64,000 nucleotides of DNA, from the NCBI GenBank assembly GCA_050730875.1, contig JBOHNX010000001.1, forward strand, positions 13,827 to 77,826. Reading direction: 5' to 3'. Of the stretch, positions 15,194 to 24,827 are shown piece by piece (within the stretch, counting starts at the first letter, position 1; each line of letters starts with the position of its first letter). Source of the DNA: Candidatus Saccharimonadales bacterium (GTDB lineage: Bacteria > Patescibacteriota > Saccharimonadia > Saccharimonadales > EFPC-124). Position numbers and translations under genes: made by a program. The notes below the pieces were generated by a model. That model was given only the letters and a program-made list of their open reading frames with translations, was not told where the DNA came from and made no database searches.

Positions 15194-16711
15194 TCAACTG
15201 GTAAGTTGTATTCTCGGTCGGTATTGCAGTGCTTCTGAAATATGTTGAGTCTCCGTGGTGGTGGAACCTTCGAGATCTGCAATAGTCCGCGCGACCTTGA
15301 TCACCTTAAAATAACCCCTTGCTGACAGCTGTAGATTTGTTGCGGCACGGTCGAGAAGTTGTTTCGCAGCCGGCTCTAAATTAACCACTGCTTGTATATC
15401 TCTGTTTGTAAGATGCGCATTGGTTTTTTCTGATTTTCCAAACCGCGCTCTTTGTGTGTCGCGCGCGGTTAAAATATTGCGTTGGACATCTTGTGCCTGT
15501 GATGGGCCTTTATGTGAGCGAAGGAGCCTGTCTGCATCGACTCGAGACACTTCAACTATCATATCGATACGGTCCAATAGCGGACCTGATACTTTCTTTT
15601 GGTACTGCATAATTTGGTGGGCGCTGCAGGTGCATTCGCGGCTGGGGTCAGTCGCATAACCGCAAGGACAGGGATTTTGAGTGGCTATAAGCATAAAGTC
15701 GGCAGGGTAGGAGACGCGATCATTAGCTCGAACAATATGAACTCGCTTATCTTCAAGCGGTTGGCGCAGCGCTTCAAGCGCCTGGCGAGAGTATTCAGGT
15801 AGCTCATCCAAAAACAGGACACCTCTGTGCGCTAAGCTAACTTCGCCAGGGCGAGGCACCCGGCCACCTCCAATAAGGGCAATGTGGCTTGCGCTATGGT
15901 GGGGTGAGCGGAATGGTCTGCTCGCAAGTACCTCCTCGTAGCATTCACCCGCAAGGCTGTGTAGCTTGGTTACTTCAATAATTTCTTCCCGAGACAATGG
16001 CGGCAGTATAGAGGTCAATGCTTTCGCGAGCATAGTCTTACCAGCGCCAGGCGGGCCATTGAATAGAATATTATGGTGACCCGCCGCGGCGATAACGAGC
16101 GCGCGTTTCGCTTGCTCTTGGCCTTGAACGTCGTCCAAATCGATGCTGGACGCACTTGCGCGTACTGTAATGGTCGGTGCATTTTGCGGTTGGATGGGAG
16201 CAGCATTGTTGAGGTGTAAATATATATCACGTAGTGTGTGGGCAGTAAGCACTGTTACGCCCTCTACCAATTGGGCCTGAGCGAGATTGGCCTCAGGTAC
16301 AATAATGGTTGCTATGTTGTGCTGCCGGGCTGTTTGTGCGTGATTGATGACACCTTTTATCGGCCGAAGCGTGCCATCTAACGCGAGTTCACCTACAACA
16401 AGAACATCATCAAGTGATTTTTGCGGCAGTTGTCCACTCGTGACCAGAAGTGCCAGTGCAATAGGGAGGTCAAAATGGGCTCCATCTTTGGGAAGATTGG
16501 CCGGAGCGAGATTGACAGTGAGGCGCTTTCTGGGAAATTCCAAACCGCTATTCTTTATGGCGCTGCGCACACGTTCTTTTGCTTCGTCGATTGCTTTATT
16601 GCCAAGCCCAACTATTAGGAGTCCGGGCAAACCATTGCTAGCATCGCATTCTACCTCGATGAGCTCACCCTCAAACCCGATACTAGTCGCAGAAAATACA
16701 CACGCCGTCAT
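15194..16711 (-). CDS. comM: YifB/ComM-family Mg-chelatase-like ATPase
   Basis: 505-aa ORF. N-terminal Lon-like domain, Walker A GPPGAGKT, and a C-terminal ChlI-like region. Confidence 0.88.
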   Translation of the reverse strand: MTACVFSATSIGFEGELIEVECDASNGLPGLLIVGLGNKAIDEAKERVRSAIKNSGLEFPRKRLTVNLAPANLPKDGAHFDLPIALALLVTSGQLPQKSLDDVLVVGELALDGTLRPIKGVINHAQTARQHNIATIIVPEANLAQAQLVEGVTVLTAHTLRDIYLHLNNAAPIQPQNAPTITVRASASSIDLDDVQGQEQAKRALVIAAAGHHNILFNGPPGAGKTMLAKALTSILPPLSREEIIEVTKLHSLAGECYEEVLASRPFRSPHHSASHIALIGGGRVPRPGEVSLAHRGVLFLDELPEYSRQALEALRQPLEDKRVHIVRANDRVSYPADFMLIATQNPCPCGYATDPSRECTCSAHQIMQYQKKVSGPLLDRIDMIVEVSRVDADRLLRSHKGPSQAQDVQRNILTARDTQRARFGKSEKTNAHLTNRDIQAVVNLEPAAKQLLDRAATNLQLSARGYFKVIKVARTIADLEGSTTTETQHISEALQYRPRIQLTS

Positions 16712-16772
16712 AAACCTTGACTATTATGGCACCCTTACCCTATAAGCTCAAGCATGGTATAATAATCTGGCT

Positions 16773-17149
16773 GGGGCTGAAATAGCTTCGACGATGGACC
16801 TTTACATGTTATCTGGCAAGCCGGTCGCGCATATCGTTACAGTGCGCACCATTTAAGTGTAAAAACTTTTGTACAGCGAGTAGCTGACGCATTCCGCGTT
16901 CCTACTTTCGCACCAGCTGTAGCTTAATTGCGACAGCCGTCATCCATTTAGTGTCAGTCTAAATGGCGTGATGTTATTTACTGACTTGGATTTGTGTGCC
17001 CAGGCGAGCATGCACTTCGACATTTATCGCCAACCTCCCGCAACCTTTTGTGCATTTCGAGTCACGGGAGTTCTACTAAATGTACTAAGCTTGTAGAAGG
17101 ATAGTGTGTAACCCACCGGACCGGGGTGCGATACCCCGCAGCTCCACCA
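16773..17149 (+). ncRNA. ssrA: tmRNA
   Basis: The 5' end GGGGCTG pairs with the 3' end CAGCTCC-ACCA, including G3:U70. T-arm is GGACCGGGGTGCGATACCCCGC. The in-frame tag ends ...ADAFRVPTFAPAVA-TAA; the resume codon is uncertain. Confidence 0.9.
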
Positions 17150-17154
17150 AATTA

Positions 17155-17187
17155 AATACCCCAACTTCACGGTTGGGGTATTTTTTT
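17155..17187 (+). terminator. tmRNA terminator
   Basis: AATACCCCAAC-TTCAC-GGTTGGGGTATT followed by T7. A second hairpin plus T-run follows at about 17213-17260. Confidence 0.8.
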
Positions 17188-18193
17188 GGCAGTATTTGTC
17201 TCAGCAATCAAAAACAACGGCCTGCGAGAAGCCGTTGTTCGTTTTTTTGCGTTTTTTGTTTTTGAGCACTTTTTTTATTCAAGTGCTACCCCTATAATAG
17301 TGTCCTGCTCAGGCAGTGTCAACAACTATTTTAGCTATGTGCAAAAAGTGTGGAAAACTTAAGCAGTATGTGTAAACGGCGCTTAGTCGTGTATCGTAAA
17401 TATTTTTTTTGCGGAATAACAAAACTACGCGGCGAAACATACGTACTGCTGCGCGTTAATGGCGACGTGCTTACTGGTTTAACATACCTGGATCGCTGGT
17501 AATTGCACTTGCATAGACGGCCTGCGCTTTCGTTCTGTGTACAATGCTATTTGCAATTACGCGGTGGTGCAATCGAAACAAAATAATTTATAAATCCGCG
17601 ATAATTTTCTGATTAGCCAAGCCGTGCCCTCGTGGACCATAAAAGAAAGACAATTTTGAATGCGGATGCACACGCTACGTTTACGTGCGCCAGTCGCACG
17701 TGTAATTTTAGAAATCTTGCAAATTTACACAAAGCTGGTTGTAGCGCGGTCGAAATGTCATGTCCGAAATGTGGATTCTAATGAAATTTCCAGCTGCTTT
17801 TTGTGTTCGAAAAATCACACCTGGAATGAGTGACTTGGCAAAAGAATGGTGGGTTGTTCCAGACGCCGGCAAATAAAACGGACTATTTTTATTGAGCATG
17901 TTGTTATCGCAATCGCAGCTTTTAGTTTGCCGCTATGTTCGAAATACGTAGTTACGGGGGATAGGACCAGGAAAAGGAGGCGAAGAGAAGACACTTTGTT
18001 GTTACTATAATAACGATAAATATGACATTTATCGCTGTATATATGACATCTTTACAGATCATAGTAGTGTTTATAACTACGAATAATCAACAAAATCTAT
18101 TGACCTACGCGCTTATGTTTGCTAAGGTGAGGGCAAGCTTTTGAAACAAATACCCAAAACAAAAATCGAAGGCTTGCACCTTTCTGGCGCCGG

Positions 18194-18278
18194 GATTTGG
18201 CGAACAACTTGGCAACTAAACCCATTAGTTGTCGTGACTTCGCCAAATCGACGTGCGCTACGTACGTTGTTTGGCGAA
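18194..18278 (+). promoter_or_regulatory. Leader with mutually exclusive helices upstream of the 18431 operon
   Basis: TTCGCCAAATC (18239-49) can pair with GATTTGGCGAA (18194-204, 11 bp). Alternatively it can pair with TTTGGCGAA (18270-78, 9 bp). A 10-bp hairpin follows, pairing 18319-28 with 18361-70. Confidence 0.35.
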
Positions 18279-18430
18279 TGCTAAACGACAATTCGTTCCC
18301 CCTTATGGGGTCGCCACGAGAGCGAGAAGCGCTACTTAAGTCTTACAAAGTTGAGCGGATTTCTCGCTCTGTGGCATATTTCTTTTTACGGCTATATTCT
18401 TTGCCTAAATCTTAGTACAGTAGGTGGTGT

Positions 18431-18832
18431 ATGGAAGAGTCTAAGCGTTTTGTACAGCGGTTAAGAGTGCCGGCACTCTATTTGTTACCGCTGTTTCTTT
18501 TTTTAATTATCATGCTTGTTTTAAACCTGACGAGCCCTCTTCAGGCAGGCCCAGCCGGCATATTGCTGGTGTTCGGGCTTTTTTATTTGTTTGCATGTAG
18601 CTTGTTTTATATAGCAACGCACATAGTCTTTAAAGTGTGGCGACTGGTTAAGGGCGTATCGCCCGCTCTGGAGCGCCGCACGTACTATCTGGTGAGTGTT
18701 ATTGCGCTGGGACCGATTTTTCTCATAGCGCTTAATACGCTTGGCGAGCTAAATATTCGAGAAGTTATACTCGTTAGCCTCTTAGTTGCCATTGGCTGCT
18801 TCTATGTACTGAAGCGAACTCGCATAGAATGA
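18431..18832 (+). CDS. Integral membrane protein (4 TM), unknown function
   Basis: 133-aa hydrophobic ORF. AGGTGG lies upstream of the ATG. Confidence 0.6.
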   Translation: MEESKRFVQRLRVPALYLLPLFLFLIIMLVLNLTSPLQAGPAGILLVFGLFYLFACSLFYIATHIVFKVWRLVKGVSPALERRTYYLVSVIALGPIFLIALNTLGELNIREVILVSLLVAIGCFYVLKRTRIE

Positions 18833-18881
18833 CGTATATCCGTTTTTTGGCATAAGCCTTGTGGTACAATTTAGCTTAGTT

Positions 18882-19295
18882 ATGGAGCCTAAATTGCCAA
18901 CACCAAACCCTTCTCCCGAGATGGGTCACTACCATCGGCCGGAATTGCCCGCAGCGCCCGAGAAGCCTGTAAGTAATACCCCCGAGCAACAACCTCACGC
19001 AGAGACGCATGAGGGGGGTACTCAGGCTGCGCAAAGCGGACCAGCGTTACCCGCACCGCAAGCGCCCAGCGCACCGCAAGCGGCAAGTCCGGTAACGCAG
19101 CAGTCGACTACCGATAACACTCCGTTGAGTGCTGCCGACGACGAAGTAATAGAAAAAGAATGGGTCGAAAAAGCTAAGGATATAGTTAATCAAACAAAGT
19201 CGGATCCATACGCTCAGGAAAAAGAGGTTAGCAAACTCCAAGCCGACTATATTAAGAAGCGATACGGGAAAGAAATTAAGCTAGTTAGCGACTGA
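18882..19295 (+). CDS. Pro/Gln/Ala-rich protein with a conserved-looking charged C-terminal domain
   Basis: The ORF track gives 18861-19295; ATG at 18882 is the preferred start. The N-terminal half is low-complexity. The C-terminus reads EKEWVEKAKDIVNQTKSDPYAQEKEVSKLQADYIKKRYG. Confidence 0.5.
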   Translation: MEPKLPTPNPSPEMGHYHRPELPAAPEKPVSNTPEQQPHAETHEGGTQAAQSGPALPAPQAPSAPQAASPVTQQSTTDNTPLSAADDEVIEKEWVEKAKDIVNQTKSDPYAQEKEVSKLQADYIKKRYGKEIKLVSD

Positions 19296-19299
19296 CGAC

Positions 19300-22200
19300 A
19301 TGACAAATTTGCTGATAGGTTTCATCATTGGTACAACCTTTCTGCTCCTCTTTCTGTATGTTGGCTATTGGCAGTATCGTAAGGTATTGCGCGAAGCAAA
19401 GAACTACGAGCGTGGACTTAAAATGGTCCCGCTGCTTATTCATCTGCCTCCCTCGAGCGACGACATTGAGGCAGGGGGTCGGGATGCGCGAGATATTGCC
19501 GAGGAAGCTATTTCTCAGGCGCAGACCATGTATAACATTATCTCGAGTACGGCCACCAAGGGCTTTAAGAGCAAACTGTACGGCCAGCGTCACCTCGCGT
19601 TCGAGATTGTCGCAAGCAGAGGGCTTATCCATTATTACGTCGTCGTGCCACTGGTTCTGCTCGATGTTATTAGGCAGGCGGTTATAGCCGCGTACCCCAC
19701 TGCCAGATTAGAAGAGTGTGAAGAGCACAACATTTTTAGTCCAGTTGGAAAAATTAGTGGGACAATTGGTGGTGAGCTTACGTTGAGGAAAGAATTTAGC
19801 TTCCCGATCGCAACCTACCAAGAGACGAAACGCGATGCAATGCAGGCAATATTGAATGCTCTTTCGACCCTAACAAAAGAAGACGGGGCTGCAGTCCAGA
19901 TTTTGCTAAGGCCGGCCCACGAAAAATGGACAAAAACTTCGCTGGCTAGAGCAGGCAAGATACGAAAGGATAAAGGTGTTAAGTCGGGGGTGGCGAGTGT
20001 GCTTTCCATGAAAGACCTAGCGGAGGCGCTTTGGAAGCCGCCGGAGACGAAAGATGTCAAACCTGAAGATAAACAACTAAGTTCACTAGAGCAAGCAATT
20101 GTTGATGCTGTCGAAGATAAAACCAGGTATCCTGGTTACGAGATACTTATACGCATTATAGCCTCATCGAATACTGCGGTGCGTTCACAGGCTATCCTAA
20201 AGAACATCGTTGCAGCTTTTTCTCTCTTTGATTCACCAAGCAAAAATGGTTTTAAATTCTCGCTCGCAAAAAATGTTGAGCAATTCGCTACTTCATTTAT
20301 ATTTCGTTTCTTTCCCCAGGAAATATCACAGAGCGTTTTGAACAGTGTAGAACTTGCAACAATATTCCATTTTCCAGACCAACGCAACACGCCTACCTCA
20401 CAGGTTCAGCGACAAGCGTCCAAGCAGGTTGATGGGCCGTCGCAAATGCTCGATCAGGGCGTGTTGTTTGGATACAACCTGTTCCGGGGTGTAAAGAAAG
20501 AGATACGTCTAGGTGATACCGACCGACGCAGACATGTCTACATAATTGGTCAGACAGGAACTGGTAAATCAGGTCTTTTGGAGAACCTCGCCTTGCAAGA
20601 CATGCTGGATGGCAAAGGCTTTGCCTTTGTTGATCCGCATGGTGATTCCGCCGAACGCCTGTTGGGCATGGTGCCAAAAGAGCGGGTAGAGGATGTCATT
20701 TACTTTTCTCCTGGTGATATGGATCACCCCATGGGGCTGAACCTATTTGAGTACAAGACACCTGACCAGCGCGACTTTTTGGTTCAGGAAGCTATTGCGA
20801 TGCTGTATCGGCTTTACGACCCTGGCCATACGGGCATCATAGGGCCACGCTATGAAAACTGGTTTCGTAATGCCGCATTAACAATCATGAGTGACCCGGC
20901 TGGAACAAGCTTTATTGATGTACCACAAGTATTCAATGACAATGACTTTGCGAAAGAAAAGCTCAAACACGTCACCAACCAGGTCGTGCTCGATTTTTGG
21001 AACAAAGAAATGGCACAGACTAGCGACTATCATAAGTCAGAGGTACTTGGCTGGTTTGTGAGCAAGTTCGGTGCATTTTTGTCCAATGACATGATGCGCA
21101 ACATTATTGGGCAAACAAAATCTTCATTTGACCTCCGAGAGATAATGGATAACAAGAAGATACTGCTAGTGAATCTGTCCAAGGGTAAGACAGGCGAATT
21201 AAATAGCCAGCTTTTGGGTATGATTTTTGTAATGAAATTCCAAGTTGCTGCTATGAGCCGCTCTGATATTCCCGAAGAGGAGCGAGTTGACTTCAGCTTA
21301 TACGTTGATGAGTTCCAGAACTTTGCGACCGAATCATTCGAAACGATTCTATCTGAGGCACGAAAGTATCGTCTGAGCTTGATCTTGGCTAACCAGTTCA
21401 TGACGCAGCTTAGTGACAAGATCCGGGAAGCAGTTATCGGTAACGTCGGTACAGTTATTTCTGGGCGAATAGGCACGACAGACGCAGAGCTGATGGCAAA
21501 ACGTTTTACGCCTACATTTGACGCAGAAGATCTCACGAAACTGCCAAACTTTGAGACGGTTGCTACGGTTATGATCAACAATGTGCCCTCTGCGCCGTTT
21601 AGCATGTCCCTAATACCACCTTTGGGTAAACCTAACCCACAGCTCGCAACTGCCCTTAAACGCTTGTCGTACGCGAAGTACGGGCGTCCACGCGCAAATG
21701 TTGAGCGGGATATATTTAAACGTCTTCGCGCAGGTGATGATGCACGTTCAGCACGCCAGGGTGCATTAAAGCGCCCATCGGACACTCAAACATCTACGGG
21801 GTCATCTTTCCTAGATGAATGGCTGGCAAAGCGCAAACAGCAGACGGCTACGGCCGCACCACCAAAACAGGCGCCAAAACCGCGGACTACCAGTCCTCAA
21901 ACTCCATCAACAGATGCGCAGAAGCCACTCGTTATGCAATCTGAGCCCACCAAAGCTGATGAGACTCCTCAACCAACACAACCGCAAACGCCACCACCAC
22001 ACAAACCTCTGTATGCAGATCTTCGATTAAAACGGCTCCAGGAACAGGGGATAGGAGGCAACGTTGCTTTTAACCAGCCATCGCAGCACAAAGCACCGAG
22101 CGTGCATGATTCGACAATGCTTGAAGAGGCGCTTGCAAGCACGGCCTCTAGTGACGTCATGAAGGATGAGCAAACGAAGCGTCAGGCAGAACCAGGCGAG

Positions 22201-22338
22201 CTGCAAGTGACGAAGGATAGTACGTCACAGAATGGTTCAACGAACGGCGTAGATGAGATTTATATTGATGTGCGGGGCAAACTACATCATAAGGACGAGG
22301 CGGATGATCAAAATAAACCGCAAACGCCGGTAAGCTAA
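19300..22338 (+). CDS. TraD/TraG/VirD4-like (type IV coupling protein-like) membrane ATPase with a long disordered tail
   Basis: 1012-aa ORF with these elements:
- N-terminal TM helix
- roughly 350-aa unknown domain ending ELATIFHFP
- Walker A GQTGTGKSG and Walker B-like LYVDEFQNF
- ARKYRLSLILANQ
- C-terminal P/Q/T-rich region of about 230 aa. Confidence 0.65.
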   Translation: MTNLLIGFIIGTTFLLLFLYVGYWQYRKVLREAKNYERGLKMVPLLIHLPPSSDDIEAGGRDARDIAEEAISQAQTMYNIISSTATKGFKSKLYGQRHLAFEIVASRGLIHYYVVVPLVLLDVIRQAVIAAYPTARLEECEEHNIFSPVGKISGTIGGELTLRKEFSFPIATYQETKRDAMQAILNALSTLTKEDGAAVQILLRPAHEKWTKTSLARAGKIRKDKGVKSGVASVLSMKDLAEALWKPPETKDVKPEDKQLSSLEQAIVDAVEDKTRYPGYEILIRIIASSNTAVRSQAILKNIVAAFSLFDSPSKNGFKFSLAKNVEQFATSFIFRFFPQEISQSVLNSVELATIFHFPDQRNTPTSQVQRQASKQVDGPSQMLDQGVLFGYNLFRGVKKEIRLGDTDRRRHVYIIGQTGTGKSGLLENLALQDMLDGKGFAFVDPHGDSAERLLGMVPKERVEDVIYFSPGDMDHPMGLNLFEYKTPDQRDFLVQEAIAMLYRLYDPGHTGIIGPRYENWFRNAALTIMSDPAGTSFIDVPQVFNDNDFAKEKLKHVTNQVVLDFWNKEMAQTSDYHKSEVLGWFVSKFGAFLSNDMMRNIIGQTKSSFDLREIMDNKKILLVNLSKGKTGELNSQLLGMIFVMKFQVAAMSRSDIPEEERVDFSLYVDEFQNFATESFETILSEARKYRLSLILANQFMTQLSDKIREAVIGNVGTVISGRIGTTDAELMAKRFTPTFDAEDLTKLPNFETVATVMINNVPSAPFSMSLIPPLGKPNPQLATALKRLSYAKYGRPRANVERDIFKRLRAGDDARSARQGALKRPSDTQTSTGSSFLDEWLAKRKQQTATAAPPKQAPKPRTTSPQTPSTDAQKPLVMQSEPTKADETPQPTQPQTPPPHKPLYADLRLKRLQEQGIGGNVAFNQPSQHKAPSVHDSTMLEEALASTASSDVMKDEQTKRQAEPGELQVTKDSTSQNGSTNGVDEIYIDVRGKLHHKDEADDQNKPQTPVS

Positions 22339-22340
22339 CG

Positions 22341-22907
22341 TTACCGTTTGCCTCTAACCATCACACGCAGGAGATCGATTGCCACGCCAAGCACCCAACC
22401 GGCGACAAAGGCCGCAATTGTTTCGAAACCCGATAGGGCAAACCCTAGATGACGTGCAAGCAAATAGAGTGCCGTAACTATAATAAATGCGGAAATGCTG
22501 CCGCTTAAAATCGCATTAGGGCGAGCCACTGTGCTGCCCGCTACGTCGCTAACACGTTCTACTAGGGGTGCGTGTATAAATTTACTGAACGTACGCGCAC
22601 TTGGTGATAGCTCTTCTTGTACCCGGCGCATGGTTTGCTTGTAGGCGGTCTTGCGCTGAGATTTTGAAGCGGTGGGGGGCGCAGATTCGACTGGTGTTTG
22701 TTCTTGTTCGCCAGCGCCGCGTTCTTTGCCCGATCTTGCTTCTTTTGCAGCTTCTACTCGTGCGCGCTGGGCGAGGTCTTCCAGCTTTTCTGGTTGGCCT
22801 TCCTGGGCTTCGAGCCGCTCTTTTAACTCAGCTGTACGTTCACCAGCTGCCCGCTCTAGGGCTTCAGTGCCTCTTTCTGAGCCTGTAATCCGTTCTGGAT
22901 GCGCCAT
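22341..22907 (-). CDS. Membrane protein with a charged coiled-coil-like N-terminus and 2 C-terminal TM helices
   Basis: 188-aa ORF downstream of, and on the same strand as, the LPXTG protein gene. Its stop lies 2 nt from the convergent stop at 22338. Confidence 0.55.
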   Translation of the reverse strand: MAHPERITGSERGTEALERAAGERTAELKERLEAQEGQPEKLEDLAQRARVEAAKEARSGKERGAGEQEQTPVESAPPTASKSQRKTAYKQTMRRVQEELSPSARTFSKFIHAPLVERVSDVAGSTVARPNAILSGSISAFIIVTALYLLARHLGFALSGFETIAAFVAGWVLGVAIDLLRVMVRGKR

Positions 22908-22919
22908 ATGTTACCTCTT

Positions 22920-24827
22920 CTAGATCGTACCAGTGTTAAATTCTTTGCGTATAATTCGGACCTCTTTATTCATTTGCTTACTACGAGCAAAGAAATAGGT
23001 GACGGTCATCAACAGCGAACCAGCAAAAATCATGTTTGCTCCAGGACCAGTTGAGGGGAGTTGTTTCACGGCAGATTCGACAGCTTTCTCGGGGGGACAC
23101 TGTACATTAATATCGATGGTGTTACCGTACGAGTTTGTCATAACGCAGTTGTACGATGCCGGATCGTTAGCGGCGCGTGGCGTTGCGGGAATTACTTCCT
23201 TCAGCTGAACTACGAAGCGCCGTGTGTCTGTACCCTGAGCGCCCAATTTTACATCACCCCAGCTAATTATTTTCTTTTGTTCATCGAATGTTCCGCCGCC
23301 ACTATCTATAAGGTTGGCATATTCAAGTACGTCGCTAAGGTTTTCTTCGACTTTCGTAGTAGTATCGGCGCCACTTAGATTCGTAGTATAAATAGTAAAC
23401 TCGATCCTATCGGAAGCTTGAGCAGTAGTACCGTTGGCGTTGGCTAGTTTTTGCGAGAGATTCTTTGCTTCTTTTGACTGGCTAATTTTCGACACACAAT
23501 CTTCATCCTTTAGCCATAGAGTAGGCTCATAAGGGCATGGCTGACAGTCTGGGTGGCCGACTGGCAATGTTGGATTGTACTTACATTTATCGACGGATGC
23601 AATGCGCACGGGTTTTGTACAATCAGCACTTTCGCGATCACCAAGCGATGTTTTTACTACAACCCTCGCTGTATAATCGCCTGAACTCCTGAGGTCGATT
23701 ATTTCCGATGTATTGCTTAGGGAAGAGGATGTGACAAACTTTTCGTAGATCTTTTTACCACTTTTGTCAGTTACGATGTATGTATATCCTGTTATGCTTG
23801 CGCCTTGTTCGGCTCTTGCCGAAGCTGAGAGACTAATTCGAGTTCGGTCCACGAGATTAACTTTCAGAGCGCTACATTGAGCAAGTGGTGTCTGCGTTGG
23901 TACGCAATTGCCGGGAATAGACACTGTATTGTCGAACTGCACAGTAGGCTGGTCCCAACCAGGGAGTGGTTGCATGACGCCCCACACAGTAACTGGGCGA
24001 TTTAACTTCTGATACTCAGCCGGTACCGAAAAGTTAAAGCCATAGCCCCCACCAAGAGGGGAGTTAGGTGTGGCTTGGTCGGCGACGATAGGGCCGTATT
24101 GCTTGCCTTTACCGGGAGGACCGTCAAAGAATAGGTATACTTTTACGCGCAGATCTTTTTGTCGTTCATCGTAGGCGTAACCTTGTATGGTTTTGCAACT
24201 AGCGGTAATAAAATGAGCCTTTGGTATAGGAGTTACATTGTGTTTGATTTGTAGGTTGCCGCATTTGCGCATAATCGAAAACCAGCCCATCTTCGCAGAA
24301 TGACCGATGTACGAGTCGTAACAATTGACTCTATTATTAACGTCATCGAAACGGTACAGAGGAACTGAATAGAATGTAGAAAAGCCACCGGTTTGTCGAG
24401 GTACTTTGTGCGCCAGCTCGCCTTCAGCAGTGGAATAACGGTGCTGCCTACCAAAGCTTATTATCGAGTGATCGCTCGAACACACGTACACTACTTTCGT
24501 ATCGAGTTTTGCAAGTTCCGACCTCGTGATGCCAACATAATCCATAAGGTCTTTAAAGTCGTTTTGACCTTTAGCACCAGCATCGTAAACGTTCATTATT
24601 TCCTGTACGGAAGAAACACCGCCCTTAATGATGTCTGAGCCACTGCTGGCCACTGCTTGTTCGGGTGGGCTAAAGACAGCAAAAGATTGCACTACAATAG
24701 CTAGCGCCGTAAAGATAAGTCCCAATCGGCGTGTAGCCTGCTCCTTACGCAACCGTCTTGCGTAGAAACCAAGTTGTCCAACCAGTGCCGGGCTAAAGGG
24801 CAGGCTGGAAACAAGTTTCCGAAACAT
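22920..24827 (-). CDS. Large surface protein with an N-terminal signal-anchor and a C-terminal LPXTG sortase signal
   Basis: 635-aa ORF. The C-terminus is LPSTG, then a hydrophobic stretch (ANMIFAGSLLMTVTYFF), then ARSKQ. There is a Cys-rich central segment (CKYNPTLPVGHPDCQPCPYEPTLWLKDEDC). Confidence 0.7.
   Translation of the reverse strand: MFRKLVSSLPFSPALVGQLGFYARRLRKEQATRRLGLIFTALAIVVQSFAVFSPPEQAVASSGSDIIKGGVSSVQEIMNVYDAGAKGQNDFKDLMDYVGITRSELAKLDTKVVYVCSSDHSIISFGRQHRYSTAEGELAHKVPRQTGGFSTFYSVPLYRFDDVNNRVNCYDSYIGHSAKMGWFSIMRKCGNLQIKHNVTPIPKAHFITASCKTIQGYAYDERQKDLRVKVYLFFDGPPGKGKQYGPIVADQATPNSPLGGGYGFNFSVPAEYQKLNRPVTVWGVMQPLPGWDQPTVQFDNTVSIPGNCVPTQTPLAQCSALKVNLVDRTRISLSASARAEQGASITGYTYIVTDKSGKKIYEKFVTSSSLSNTSEIIDLRSSGDYTARVVVKTSLGDRESADCTKPVRIASVDKCKYNPTLPVGHPDCQPCPYEPTLWLKDEDCVSKISQSKEAKNLSQKLANANGTTAQASDRIEFTIYTTNLSGADTTTKVEENLSDVLEYANLIDSGGGTFDEQKKIISWGDVKLGAQGTDTRRFVVQLKEVIPATPRAANDPASYNCVMTNSYGNTIDINVQCPPEKAVESAVKQLPSTGPGANMIFAGSLLMTVTYFFARSKQMNKEVRIIRKEFNTGTI

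Noticed and set aside
17190-18430. Chromosomal replication origin (oriC).
   Set aside because: I found only one exact and about four one-mismatch TTWTNCACA boxes by eye. That is close to what chance allows, roughly 2 expected in 1.25 kb on both strands. dnaA and dnaN are not adjacent. This is kept only as a minor hypothesis within the gene-free-tract finding.
21030-21785. Long antisense ORFs. Examples are a 251-aa ORF here, a 225-aa ORF at 38286-38963, a 210-aa ORF at 38753-39385, a 301-aa ORF at 51793-52698 and a 256-aa ORF at 52780-53550.
   Set aside because: Each lies fully opposite a gene with strong recognisable homology (the coupling-protein-like ATPase, rpsA, infB, ftsA and ftsZ). They have Ser/Arg/Pro-rich shadow-frame composition and lack SD-start contexts.
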